Shown: positions 25,024-38,800, numbered from the whole stretch's first letter. The stretch: DNA of 49,222 nucleotides, filler included, from Dimargaris cristalligena (GCA_003614675.1; 2 parts of 2 records of this genome joined end to end with filler, not necessarily neighbours in it); one strand, 5' to 3'. Translations and numbers: made by a program. Notes: generated by a model not told the origin, from the sequence alone.

Positions 25024-26280
25024 GCTTTGTTCTTGCCTTTACCAACCTTCTTCGATTTTCATACACACACACATACACGCACACCAGGGAGTATTAAAAC
25101 AATGTTTTAGGGTGACCTTTATTAGACAACACCGCTTCTGCTTATGGCATCCCCGCACAATGAACTGTGTATCTTGCTGTATTTGTCTACCAGAAGTTGA
25201 AAATACGGGCCCTAGCCCGCCCTCTCTCCCAGGCAGGCTTTTTTTATTTTATTTTATTTTTCCGCAAGTGCGACGGTCCTCCAGTCATCTCGTGGTGTAC
25301 ATCGATTTACCGCCTGCTTGGCCTTGTTTTCCCCTCTATTCCTGGTCCCGCATCCCATATGGTCTTGGGGTGGTGCCATAGGCTAGGTTTTCCCATTAAT
25401 TTGGGTCCTGGTTAGAATTTTTCCCCTACCCCTTTTTTGCACTGCCCGCCTTTGGCTAAATAGGCCAACCTGTTTCGGATTGCAGTATTTTTTCAAGGGA
25501 TAGACCAATGGGAGCTTGGATTTCTGGTCTTTTGAATAATCCACACTAGGTGTATATTTTCATAAATAACGCGTATGCAGATGAACGAGAGGAGCTCGGC
25601 TAGGTGCGCGAACTTCGGGATTTGGCTAACCCCCTGGTTGTTGCGCCAATGTGGTTAAAAAGAATATCTGCGATTTCGCTCATTAATCTAAATAAGTAAT
25701 AGCTGGAGGGGAAAGAAAATGGTACTAAGCTAAAGAAAGTCCCGGGGTTTAAAATAGGGTTCCGATCAAATCAGCTCCGAGCGTATATTACCAAAAATCC
25801 ATGGTTGTCCCCCAGAAAATAAGGTGTTAAGCCTAGATGGATTTGGGAGGGGGTGGATGTATGCGCATACACGCTGGTAACCGAACTTAGGGATGGTATC
25901 CGCTCTTGCCCTCTTTCGGCGATACTCCCACCCAGCGTAGCGACGGTTTAGGTTTGGGCTAATAAAAGAGGGTACCCGGAACAAAAATGAGGGTTAGAAT
26001 ATTAGTGAGTGAACCCGAGTCCCTCCCCTCCAATGTATGACGCTTGAGCGCTTCCCTGATCTGGGATCGGCCACCAACAACAGCCGTGGGTGTGGGTGCG
26101 AAAAAGTGTATATGCATTGCCTGAAACGGACAGGGTGGGGTATCTATTTTCCTCCCCCCCATCTCTCTTTCTCTCTCTTTCTTCTATCGCCCCTCCCCAA
26201 TTTTTCGCAGTGGGGAGGGGTTTTTTTCCCAACATGACCCCGTTGCCAGACTATATGCGGTTGGACCTCCCCGACCGAGG

Positions 26281-26290
26281 CTATAAAAGA
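26281..26290 (+). promoter_or_regulatory. Candidate TATA box of the C2H2 gene
   Basis: CTATAAAAGA directly before a long pyrimidine-rich leader ending at ATG 27256. Confidence 0.45.
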
Positions 26291-27255
26291 GACACCCTTC
26301 CCGCCCTTTCATCGTTTGCTATACCTCCTTCAAATATAGCCCCTTCGTCCTTCTGAATCTGCTAGCCTTCCTTCCCCGACGACCTGTTTTTCGATCAGCG
26401 CGTCAACCTACTTGCCGTTTTTATAGTGTTCTTGAATTCTTTTCAATTTGCCTTATTCTGATAATCTTCTACTCAACTCAATCTTACCCCTCGCTCAAGC
26501 TTACGCACGTCGTCTAATACACCTTTACTGGCTGTATGTACCACCTTTGCACACTTCTTCGACGTGTTTTTCTTCTCTTCTTCTTGTACGCCCCCGGTTA
26601 CTCAAGACGCTGCGGGTCGGGTTTCATTATTGTTGTATGCACTGTCCTCTGTGCCCTCGTTGATTTATTTAAAGCGGGTTCGCAAGCCCTTTCCCTTTTC
26701 TATCCACTGGCGCCTAATCGAACCTCTCTTGTGCAACCTTGGTACGTCCCTTCGACTGCCCTCTTCTCGCTTTCTTTCGTCCACTGAATCCCCCTCTTTC
26801 TCTCCCGTCTCGCCTCACTGTTCTTTTTGTCTCTCAGCACTCTTTCGACTATACCGGCTGGCTTGCCATTGGTGCTACTACTAACCCCCGCCTCAGTCTT
26901 TACTTAAAATACTGGACTTCATTCATCGTTTAGTATAAAATTGACTGTCAGGCCTCATTGTCAGGGTCTCCACCGTCTTGACGCCCTGTATTCATGTTTC
27001 TTGGGCTGTCTCTTTTCTCCTGCTTTTCGTTGATTGTAGCTGTTCCCCCTGGTTTCCATCCTGCCATTGATTGCTATTAAAGTATTTGGTCTGCGAATTG
27101 GTGACGATACCCACAACAGCTCTCTGGTGATTGCCCCCGCTCTTTTACTCGTTTATGGGCACGCTTCACTAAAATTATTGTCAGCTTGGCCCAATATTGC
27201 CTTTTCGTGTCAACTTTTCCCTACGTACTATACATTCTTTACCCCTTTGTCCGCC

Positions 27256-29959
27256 ATGACCCAGCCAGGTCGGGCCCACCGTCCCAATATGATGTCTAAC
27301 CCAGCAGTAATAGAACCAAGTCCGCTTACCCATGGGATGCACTATATGTCCCCATCAAACAGGGAGTGCCAATTTCCAAAAGCAGCCCCGGCGGATCACT
27401 CCTATTCACCACATTCATACCTGAACCCTGCATATGCTGTCCCGGGGACCCCACAGCAACTCACTACCCCCTTCCACCCCGATACGTTTGCCTCAGGAGG
27501 TAAGTCCGCACTTATTTATCATCACCATAATTACCTGCAGCTACTTGGCCTTGTTGTCTTCTTTTCCACCCACCCACCTACCCAATTTCAGCAAGTCGTC
27601 TATCCCGAAGCCGAGATGGACAGACCGTAAATTCCCTTGGGTATTTTTTAGTTTGACCCTTGCGACTATCTTAGTATACTGTCCAACCCCCCTCCCTCCC
27701 TATACTGTCACTATCTATACCCAATGTTGCATATTCCACTCTTTGTTTGAAAAGGGGCGTTGCTGGGCATAATACGTTGAATTCCCTGCAGGGGAAGAGA
27801 CACGAAAGGGGGATTTGGTAGCCATATTTTTCTTTCATATTTAGAAGGTCGACGTGGGAATACGACTTGCTCTTATCAGTCAGCCTCGTTTCCTTTGTAT
27901 TCCTTACCATGCCACCCGACTATTTCTTACTTGGCCTCCTTCAGTCGACTGTGTCTAGCATTTGGCATTATTCTTTTCCCCCTTTTTTTGTGATGCCCTT
28001 TGGTATTTATATCCATTGTAGCATTAATTGGATTATATCATCTGCCAACTTATTTGACCATTATTAAGCAATGTCTGTTAGCTACCACCGCACATTGGTT
28101 TTATCACCACCCTCGGTCCGATCTCTTACATAAGTATGGTTTACCCGGCTGAGGGGTTTATCTAATTGACTGGTTTCTTATTATTAATGCTCGTATTTGG
28201 TATACTACTATCTTTTATCTTCCTCATGTATCCAACTGTAGCGATTGGCACGCCACTTGGCTCCTCGATGGACTCCAACCTTTCGACAACAGCAGCCGCA
28301 CCGATATCGACAACGACGCTGCCTCACAACCCCTTATTTCATTTCGCTTTTCCGCCCGGGGAGCAGGCGTTCTTTGGCCAGTCCGACTTTCAAACTCAGG
28401 CTCTCAACCTATTAATGAATAAGGAGGACGAGGGCGATTCGGATGGCGAAGAACCAATCTATCTCGGCCTAGAACTCTTCGAAGGCCGCGTAGCAAGCGG
28501 GGTTACCGAGGCCGTCCCTGGCATCGGCCTTGCGTCAGGATTTGGCTCCATCAACCCTATGCCTTCCATGGATAACGGTCCTTTTTATTTGCCGTTTCTA
28601 GGCCCCCCGAATCACGGCCCCCTGGCGCATGAAACGCTGATGATTGATGGCGGAGTCACTGTCGGGTCTCTCTATAACCATCCCCACCTCCAGTCCCCAT
28701 TTGGAATGGCTTCCCCTACGAGCCCCACCCACGGATACTTACCCCCCGGAGGCGGCCCCATGCTATCCCGGTCCATGACAACCACTCCCCATTTTTTAAA
28801 CGACTACAATCCAGGGTTTTCACACCCCGCTGGCCCTCCTTCCCTCTACGGCATGTCGTCCTTCCCCTCATATCCAACCATCCCCCCACCCATGGTCCCG
28901 GGTTCAAACCCTCACATGTTCTCCCCCGCGTCGACCCCCCGCCTTTCCTCCAACCAACCAGCAACTGGGCCAGCCCCGTCGTCGGAAGTAGAGCACATCC
29001 CTTACCCCGAATCCGATCAATCGGATACCGAGTCGGTTGACGACACTCCTTCTGCTAACCAATGCACTGTTCCCGTACCCGATACCCTCGGAAAGCCGTT
29101 GATGGCACCTGCCCTATTTAATCATATCCCACCCCCCCAGCCTGCGTCCCAGACTAACCGGCCAGATTTAAGCACTAGTGGTCCCAAGGTAGCTCTTGCG
29201 GGTGCCACCACCCCCGTTGAGACCATCCTCAGACCTTCCGGTCTTCCCATGACTCTTCAACGTCCAAGGCCGACTACAAACCAGGCACCACAGCCGGCAC
29301 CCCAACTAGCTGACTTCACATCATCATTTTCGGTCGTTTCTGCCACATCCACCCAACCCACGTCTCTGCCTAATTACACGTTGGTTAATAGTACTGTCCC
29401 TGCTGCTTTGTCTAATACCGCAAGTGCCCTCGGTTTAGTCCCTTCACCTTCAAAAATCGATATCCCTCGCCCTCTTCCGACTGCCCTATCTTCAAGCGGA
29501 TCATTGACATCGAATCCCCCGGAATCTAATGCTGATGTATCCGTCCCAAGATCCAATCTGCCCGACTCGAGTCCTGGGAAGCCACTTAGGGCTCCAATCA
29601 CGTCAGCACCCTATTCGGCTCGACGAAAGTCGGCCAATGCCAATAAAATGGCCAAGGTATTCGCGTGTCCCTTTCCCGACTGCGAAAAGACCTTCACGAA
29701 AAGTTCGAGTGCCAAATCCCACGAAATGACACACAGCGACAAGCGTCCATTTGTTTGCCCGTATTGCCCACGGCTGTTCGGCCGCAACCATGACCTACAG
29801 CGACATCGGAACACCCATAATGACTTTAAGCCGTACTTCTGTGACCGCTGCGACGTTCGATTCACCCGGAATGATGCTATGCGTAGACATCAGCGCAATA
29901 ACCCTGATTGTGGGCAACGAAAGGCCAATCGGCTGGCTAGTTCTCTAGGCCAGCCCTGA
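27256..29959 (+). CDS. C2H2 zinc-finger transcription factor, three C-terminal fingers, Crz1-like recognition helices, ~682 aa
   Basis: Exons 27256-27499, 27592-27626, 28082-28133, 28242-29959 (two small exons tentative; phases consistent). Fingers CPFPDCEKTFTKSSSAKSHEMTH, CPYCPRLFGRNHDLQRHRNTH, CDRCDVRFTRNDAMRRH with SDKRP/NDFKP linkers. Confidence 0.85.
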
Positions 29960-32562
29960 ATTGATTGCTCTACCTGCTTAAGGCAGAATCGAAACTTCGA
30001 GTTGATAGATCTGGTCCCTCGCCTACCAGTTTCGACGGCATGCCGTGCCCCTCTGCGGCCTGTAGTACAGTCCAAGTGTCGCCGTGGTTAGCAGCATCGC
30101 TGAGCTGTCTGATAGGCCCACCTGCATAACTCCCTGCTTCATTATTACGAACTATTTTTTTGGGCCTATTTTCCATGTGAGGGGATGCGAACCTCTAACC
30201 CCTGGCAGCTGATTCTTCGGCCCAGTCACACTTCCCCGAGCTCATTTACTTTCTCGGCCCACCCAATTCCTGGTCTGACCAAACTTACCCATTTTTTTAT
30301 CAACTTCGCTGGCTGTGGGAGCTGGCCTTCCAACCATGGCTTGATTCATCTTGCCTTCCCATTGGCTCCCTTGTCAATATCAAGGTCCCCTTTGTTCTTG
30401 TTCTTCCCCTTTTATGTTCATGTTCGCACAGCCAGCTTGGCAATTATCGGCCCCTTCGATCCCAAACACCCTCCCCAATTTTGACCACTGCCAGTATCGT
30501 TTTATACATGCTATCTTTGACAAAATTCTTACCCGTTTCCCCTGTGTTAGCTATTTTTCAACTGATGCCTATTCCTCCGATTTCCCCCGGCTCTGCTCTC
30601 AGTCCTTGCAACTAATTACGTTTCCCTGGATTTGTTGCTTCCAAAGCCCGTTTCCCACCGATCTATCCAACACTCCGTCGTATGCTCTCTCCCCCTTTCG
30701 TTGTAGTTATACCCTGGGCTATAAATATATATACCTATATTCTTTATATATTTCCACTGTCCATCTCTTGCCTTGTATATGATTTTTTTGTTTCCTTCCA
30801 ACATTCGCATTCTGACTCGTCCATGCCCATTACTCTGATTTCATACTCTCACTATGTTTTACTACTTTGTAAATCCGCCTTTCCCCTAATGGCAGTGGAT
30901 CTTCGACGCCTTCCTTGGGATAAGTCTTGCCGCTTTTGTCGGATATTTTCCATTTGGAAATCATTACAATCTCGCTTATTTTTACTCGGGATATTGGGCA
31001 TGCTGTCCTTCGCTCTCGCATTGCTCCTCTCCTCCCCACTCATCATCCTCGAATCGCTACTTGATATCATTGCCGAATCACATTCCGGCCCCGCCTGATT
31101 CTAATTCATTTTTTTTATAGTTTTATTACTTATAATACATATCACATCTATTGCATTATCACCCCATCATTACTATCCATTGGCTTTGTCACCAATTTGG
31201 TTTGCCATCCACCCACTCTTGCAACTCATCACCTCATATTGCTTATCCATGACATCCGTCCAAAAATTCATTCGGTGCACTTGACCAATTAACCCGGCTT
31301 ACGCGTCAATAAAATCGGGTGTTCTATAATATCTATTTATTCATGGGGTTGCATACTTTAATATCCAACCATCTTTGGTATTATTGCGGGGATCGGAACC
31401 CTAGCTTAAGTGTATTATCATCACTCTATATAGAGAATATTTCTTGGTTTTACATATAACTCTAGCGTGGTAAGATCACCCCATTTCCCCCACACTCCGC
31501 TGGGAAGCGGATAATCCATGTGATTGGAGGCATGCGAGGGACAGATCGGTTTCGTGACTGCAAAATGAGAGGTATTCATTGGAGATCCTAGGGACTAGTG
31601 GTCGCCGATTGAGTTTATATTGAAAACTATAAATGTATATAATAACAGGGCATTCCCAAGTACTGAGAAAGGATGTTCGTGGAAACCTTCCCTTAATCGT
31701 TTGCCAAATTGATAAATGAGCCGAATGACCTAAGTGTTGAGAAAAGCAAAAGGCCCGGCGAATGACTGTAATGCCCACGAAAGTCGTATTAGGCATACTG
31801 GCTTAGTAATCCATGCATCGGTATTGGAAGAGAAGTTGTGCGGATGTGCTTTAAACGGGCGAAGAGTCGGTGCTGTACGCTTGGCCATGGCTCCCACCTG
31901 GGCAAAACCACTTGGTTATCTTTTCGTGGAAGTGAAGCTCAGGTAAGCGAGTTCCAAGTCTCAATTCAGTCAGTGAGCTTTGGGTGTGACTTGGGATAGG
32001 ATGGGATTAGCCAAACTACTATCGAGAAAGGGGAGTCTTTGTATGGATTCCCTTCCCCCACACTTCCCTGCGTTGTTAGACGACTATGTGATCGTGTGGG
32101 AGAATGGAAAACGGGATATAATGAAGGTCAGCAATCACTCCGTAATCTTCAAAGCGCCCCCATACAGTCACAAGCCAGCGAATCTTAATCCAATATATAC
32201 CCGCTGATTCAAATAGAGACCACTGGGAATTCTTCTTAAACTATATACGAAATAAAGGCGGGGTGCGAAGGAGGGTTTTCCAGAAATGCTACTAGGCGGG
32301 GAGCTGCCCCCCACGTCCACCCACAAATATAATGAAGAAAACAAACGGGGGGGATGGGAGAATGGGGTGTATCATACATGGCATTATTTATTCAATATAT
32401 TTACCAGACGCCAAAGGCACTAAAGAAAAAAGGGCCAGTGTCACCAGGTTGAAAAATATTTTGTGATTGAAATGTATGTTAAACCGAAGTTGGCCGTGTA
32501 TTTTGATGGCCCCTTATTTTCTCAGGCCGTTCTGCCGACGACGGGGCGGGAGGAGAGGCTTC

Positions 32563-34350
32563 TCATTGCGTCATACTAGCTGGGGAAGGTGAAGCAGAGG
32601 CCTCCTCCGTTTCCTTCACATCGGTTGATTCCGGCAGCCGGTCCTGCGCGGTTAGCAGTTTGTACACATAGTCTCCCCCTATTCCGGCCGCAATGATAGC
32701 GCCCAGCCAGATATTAGACGTGAATTTCCGCCAACAGTCGGCATTATGGTTGAAATCCACGGTCCGTATTTGCCAGAGCAAATGGCCCCCACCGCCCAGC
32801 AGCGTGGTAGCGAAGTAGATGACGGACTGTCCGTTGAAGTAGCCGGCCAAACACAGCAGCGCCAGGGTATTAACCGAGAACAGGGAGAGGATAGTGCGGG
32901 AATTGTCCCCGAATAAAAGGGCCGTTGATTTGGTGTTAATTTTCAAGTCGTCGCGCTTATCCTGGTGGGCGTAAATGGTATCGTAGACCAAAGTCCAGGA
33001 CACGCCGGCCGCGTACAAGGGCAGCGTTACAGCCCAGTCGGACGACCCCACTATAGCGGACCAGCCGAGCAAGGCGCCCCAATTAAAGGCCAGGCCCAGC
33101 ACCGACTGGGGCCAGTACGTGATGCGTTTCATCAGCGGGTATATATTGACCAGGGGCATCGATGCCATGCCTAGCAGAATACTGTAGCCGTTGAGTTGGG
33201 TCAGGACGGCTAAGCCCGCACTCAGCTGGATGCCTAGGAAGGCCAGGGCTTGGGGGCGGGTAATAAGACCCGCGGCCAGGGGGCGCATGCGCGTACGCTC
33301 CACCTTGTCGTCAATGTCCCGGTCCCACATGTCATTAATAGTGCAGCCCGCCCCCCGCATCACAAGGGCCCCTGTGCCAAACAGGCCCAGCATGGAGGCA
33401 GTCGCCAAGGGACTGGTCCCTTGGTGGAAGGCCGCCATGAGAATACTCCAGGCTAATCCCATGGTAGGGAAGATACGAAGGAATAAACATACGCAAGATG
33501 GAGGGGGGGAAAGAAGGGGTGGGGAGGACGCGGTGGGGGAAATGTTTGGGATATAGATATATGGGTTAGTATACAGCAGTTGACTAACCGAAAAGGAGGG
33601 AGGAGGAGGTATGAATAATAGGGGAGATGTCAAGAGGTTAGCCGGTCAGAAAGGCTGGGGGAAGAGGAGAAGGGAAGGCGCGGTGGGGTGCTCTTCTCCC
33701 CAAACAGTGCCGATTGGGGTGATAGGGGGGGAAGAGAGAGGAGGAACAATCATCGCGGGTAAAACTGCCCCACCAGATCAATCTGTTTCCGGATTCCCGG
33801 GATTAGGATATATTTGACAATATGACCATCCTAGTCTCTCTATCTATTTAGATAGATATATACTTATGAATTGCAATGGGTACCGAGAATGTCAACAGCG
33901 GGCTAACCTACCACAGGGCCAAAAGAGAAGCCACGTTCCGACCGGTTTATCAAGTCTGAGTAGGAATAAATAAGGCTGGGCCGCGGAAGGAAACCGATTG
34001 ATAAAAGGACCATAGTCCGGCAGGTTCACCAAAGTGCCGGGTGCTGGTGGGCCACTGTGTAGCAGTCGAGTTTGCCCTATAGGTAATATTTGGGGTGGTT
34101 GAAGATCCAAAGACGATCTCTGGGGCTCGAACGGAAGGGACGCAAAAGAACTCGCGGGCGACGATTCCGGGGTTCTAACCGACGCTGAACGGATGTCAGT
34201 GACTGCCCCGCGGGTCCATTGGACCGCGGAACGGAAGCTAGTGAGACTGCCAATCCGAAACGCTGAAACGCCATGGGCCGAGATCCGATTGCTCATTGTT
34301 GCCGAGGCCCAGCTGCGGCCGCCTGGCAGTGTACGCATTAACATGGCCAT
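32563..34350 (-). CDS. COQ2: 4-hydroxybenzoate polyprenyltransferase, mitochondrial (UbiA family), ~442 aa
   Basis: Exons 34350-33912 and 33452-32563, 459-nt GTAGGT..TAG intron. [69 protein letters not shown]; Arg/Ser-rich presequence. Confidence 0.95.
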
Positions 34351-35816
34351 GTTCTTAGAGTCAAACAAAAATACTAACGTTTATGGCAATTCAAAAAATA
34401 ATAATACGAGATTCCCAATAGTCCAGAAATAATAGGGCACTGTTCCTGTCGTTCACTTAGCATTACTTCCTAAGGCCTGGAATTCACTTGCACATTCTGA
34501 ATGCCGCCTTATTTCTAAAATGACGTACCGAGTGCCAGTGGAACGGGGAAAGGTAGGGCGTATATTCCTTGACTCGCTTTGTAATCAATCACCAGCCCCA
34601 ACAATAGTAATACTACTAATAATAATAATATGAATATTATATTTGCGGAAATTTCCAATTGAAAATAAGGTCAAACAAACTGATATGCAGACTTCAAAAT
34701 ATCTAAAGTTGGAGTAAATCGGCGGTTAACAAAACTCACCATAAACCTTTACCCACATTGCAAATGGTAAGTAGCTACCTAACCATGCTATTGTTATAGA
34801 CAGCTGCCCTTCGCACCAGTATACCCAGTACACTGCAGTTCAACAATAGTAAAGTGTAAAGGGACTCTGATCTAGTATCTTCGATTCAGAAATCGATAGG
34901 TTGGGTAGGATGTGGCCTATTCTTATTGACGATGCCCGAACCTACGCAGCAGGTTAGTTTACGTGAATAGTTGGCCCCCATCTGTGCCTTTTTATTCACT
35001 AAAAGGGGCGAAAGTAAGGCTGCAGGGGCTGCGGTTCAGTAGGATATCGGCTGACTGGCGGTGTACATTTGCCTGATACGAAACAAGATTATGCCCGGAC
35101 CAGCTGGACAGCCAAGGAATGCAGGCTGGACACATGGTGCAAGAGCGGTAGGGAATTGCTGGGGGGGTTTTACAGTACAACCAACCCCCTCCCCCCTGGG
35201 TCGTTCACGCTACATCAGATATTGATATCCTCAAGCACATCACTACCAGGCATATCCGGTTTGGGTGTGGGGAATTGTTAGTAGATTGCTGGTAGTCAGC
35301 AACCTAGACTGTTTTCACTGATTGGAAATAGGGCCCCCTAGTTAAGGAGGAACTGGCCATTGTATTATTAGGGTACCTTGCGTCGGAGCTATCCTGGCGA
35401 AGCAGAGCTACAGCGGGGCGGGGGAAATACAGCAAGGAAAATACGCAACCGGCGATCATTTATTATTTTGCCAATAGCGGGAAAGCCAAGTCAACAACTG
35501 GTCAGGATAAATAAAGGGGGGCGTCAGAATAAATCGAGAATCCCGATTCCGCCAGACCCGTGGCAAACAATAGCGGGTAAAGGACGGTGTAGATAAATAA
35601 AGCTTTTCAAAATAAGCGTGTCAGCACCAAAGGCCCAAGGAAATAAATAGATGGTAAATACTCTTGGGAACCTCGTCTCATTCGGAAAGTAGAGCTATGA
35701 TTGATTCAACAGCCTGTCCTGTCCTGTCCTCTCCTCTCCCACCTGCTATTCATATACCTCCCCCCCACCCAGAATAGACTTAGAATCAAAGGGTCTGAGG
35801 GTTTAACCGGATATTT

Positions 35817-35842
35817 ATTATATATATATATATATATATATA
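35817..35842. repeat. (AT)n microsatellite just downstream of the ataxin-10 stop
   Basis: AT dinucleotide run. Confidence 0.85.
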
Positions 35843-35862
35843 AAAGGCTACGCGAGTAGGGT

Positions 35863-38800
35863 TCAGGGTTTGGGAACTTGGCATGTGACCCGCTGGTTAG
35901 AATCAAGTTTGGTGCTTATCCCAAGGGATTCCAAATCCGCATGGGGAACCGTCTGCTGGGGCTGTAGGGATCGGATAAGGTCCTGGTTGGCCGGGTTTCC
36001 CTGCAGCAGATATTTTAGAGCCAGGATTGCGTATTCTTTGATGTCTAGTTGAGTGGGAAGAAGGAATAGCGGATATGAAAAAGGGCAAAACAAAGAGATG
36101 AGGAATCAGTTAATACCCACAAAATATAAATACACATGCTTCATATAACCAGAGATAAATGACCAGGTGGGAGGGGAGAGCATTCCTAGGAAGAGAGGAA
36201 GCTGTGCTTCATCGTCTGACTCAAACTGAATCCCGCTAGTGGAATATTTACTGTTCCCAATTTCCTGTGCATATTAACCCGGCGGATTCTAGTACCAGCT
36301 GGAAGTTTACCCGCTAGGCGTATTGTGTAGATTTCCCAGGCCTCTGCGGAGTTTTCTATTAGAATCGCATCCGTTAAATGGTTTTCAAATAGATCCCGAT
36401 ATTTGGTTCGTTTGTCAGGATTGTCCAGTATTGATGGATCATAGGGACTTCGCAGTGGGAAAATTGGGGGGGGGGAACACCAGGCTATTTTGGGCTGTAA
36501 CACAGCCCCAGCCCCGGCTTCGGCCTCTGCATAATTAGCCGGGGAAAGAATCGGATGGGAATAAACTTCCATCCCGAACTTTCCAGGTCAGCACTAAAAA
36601 TGATGCTGAATCAAACAGATGGTCGGAGCGGCTCCCGGATTCAAGGTAGACTGAATTGGGGAACTGGGAAAACCACTCGCCCCCCGACAAGATTTTTTTA
36701 AAAAGAATGGATGCTGATAAATAAATGGCTTACATGGATTGTTCTCATCGATGTTGCAGTGGTTCAGTACAAGATCAACGGCCCCCAATTCGCGAGCCTA
36801 GAGGGTATTATAGTAGGGATTAAGAAGTGTGGAGGCACAAGAAAGCCGCGGGCATTCAGTAGGGGGTTTGGAAGACAAAGCAAGATCGAGTCAGCCGTAT
36901 GCGTCATTCGATGGGGCGTGGGGAAGCCCAGAGTCATCCACAATGTTAGTGCAGGCAGGTTCCCTTCCTCCGGTCCCTCACATCCGCCAACACAAGGAGA
37001 GAGAGAGAGAGAGGATTAACCTCCAACTATACAATTGGCCTTAAACGGCCCCGTGGGTCAGTCGACGTGACTCGAAGCGGAATAATACTAAAAATGGTTA
37101 AATCCGCGTACGGCCCATTGATATAAGGCCGCCTCGGTTGCACACTCAGGTGGACCCTAAGGTGCTTCCACTTGAACCATCACCAGCAATGACCAATTCT
37201 CACTAAACTGGTCTGAGCAGCAGATTCTAGGGGCCCGCCAATCTATCGCTGCACTTGCCTCTTCTTCCTTTTTGGGTTCCCGCTGAGGTAAGACTCTTTG
37301 GTAACCGCTCATATGACAGCAACTAGAAACTAACTAAGCTAATCCACGGGAGGTCACGTTTAGCGAATCTGAACCTAAATGTATATACATGTATGAAGCA
37401 CAGAGCCAAAGGAGGGGGGGTTCACTTACATAATTCTGGAGCGAAGTATTCTCGTGGCAAAGGTTGCCTAGGATAGCGATAAGGTCGCGCTTAATAAAGG
37501 CAAACTGTTTGGCAGCGTGATCAACATCCATAATTTGACCGGGACTCTGGTCGATTTTGGAGATGCGCGGCAGTTTAGCATCCAGTAGGGCCAGCATCTC
37601 TAGTTGTTCCAAAGGAACAGGGTGGGAAAGTGGGAGTCCGGAGTTTGACGAAGGGAGAGGGGGATGTACATACAGTTGCAATGTTGAATACGGGAGGGGA
37701 TACATGGTGGGGGGTGAGTTGGTTAGTATAAAGTGGTGTCGGTTCTGGTCGAATAGGTAGTTGAGATGTATCACACGATCGTGAGGTATCAGGCAGGCGA
37801 GGTGGTGATACAACTGACAGCAGCAGGCAGCTGCAGGAAAGATGGGCAGCAAGGGGCCGCCGAAAAAGTAGGAGGGGGTGGTAGAGGTGGAGGGAATTTG
37901 GGTAACATGAACTTTATGCAAGTTTAGGCAGGTCAAGGCGGGGGGAGGATAAGGGGGGAAGGGCCCATGGGCAACCCTAAATCGAGGCCGTAATCTCACC
38001 AACAGCCCATGACGCCAGGGGGTCCCTCGGCCATAGCATCAACTGTGGGCAGGCGGGCCTCAAGGGGGTGGATGACCTCCTCCCTACACAGTACAATAGT
38101 ATCCAGTGGTGGTGAAACCAGGCTCTAGGATCCTTCTTGCCTGATAAGGAGGCCCAATATCACCCCCCGAGGTAAACATGTCAAATTGGGATCCATCATG
38201 TGGGGTATGGTGTCACCCCAATTAAGCCCGAGATGGCGATATCGTAGCCCAGTTAGGACATAGGGGGTGGGGCGGGATAGCAAATGATGGAAGACTCCGG
38301 CACGCCGCCTACCAGACTCGGTATGTTCACTTCCATCCATTATTACTACCGCTATTCAACTAATTCGGGCGATCCTCATATGATTCATAATATATGATCT
38401 CCCTGACTAGCCTATTTTAAGCTACATATCTACTTACCAGTGGTGCGTTTCAAGAGAGCGCGTTGCTGGTCGTCTTCCGCAAGGCCCGTGTCACGACAGT
38501 ACTGCGTAATATGTTTGAGTGCCTGCAAGAGTAGTACCAGGCCGGTGTAAAAAGACACCATCCAGTCGAGGGAAATGGGCCGTTGGGCCGCTGGGTGGGC
38601 CGAAGCAGTAGGGGAGGAGTCATCCGATACCGTGGGTAACGACGGGGGTGCAGCCGAATCAATCGAACCCGGGGTTTCCAAGGCGGCCAGTAATTGCCGG
38701 CCCAGGGTAGCTAAAGTAGGAGGAACCTGTGGCCCATCTAGTGTATCGTTCCCATCGGTCGGAGATTCGGCAGGCGTCAACAGCACCCGGGCCCACAGGG

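Noticed and set aside
30185-31098. Overlapping hydrophobic ORFs downstream of the C2H2 gene
   Set aside because: Pyrimidine-rich sequence consistent with a long 3' UTR; Phe/Leu/Ser bias is compositional. The same applies to ORFs at 26037-26933 and 10989-11883.
38001-38085. Minus-strand peptide LEARLPTV..PPGVM in ATXN10 intron 5 resembling exon 6 LDAKLPRI..PGQIM (possible duplicated exon)
   Set aside because: No acceptor in the required phase, no conserved domain motif follows, weak nucleotide similarity; probably chance.
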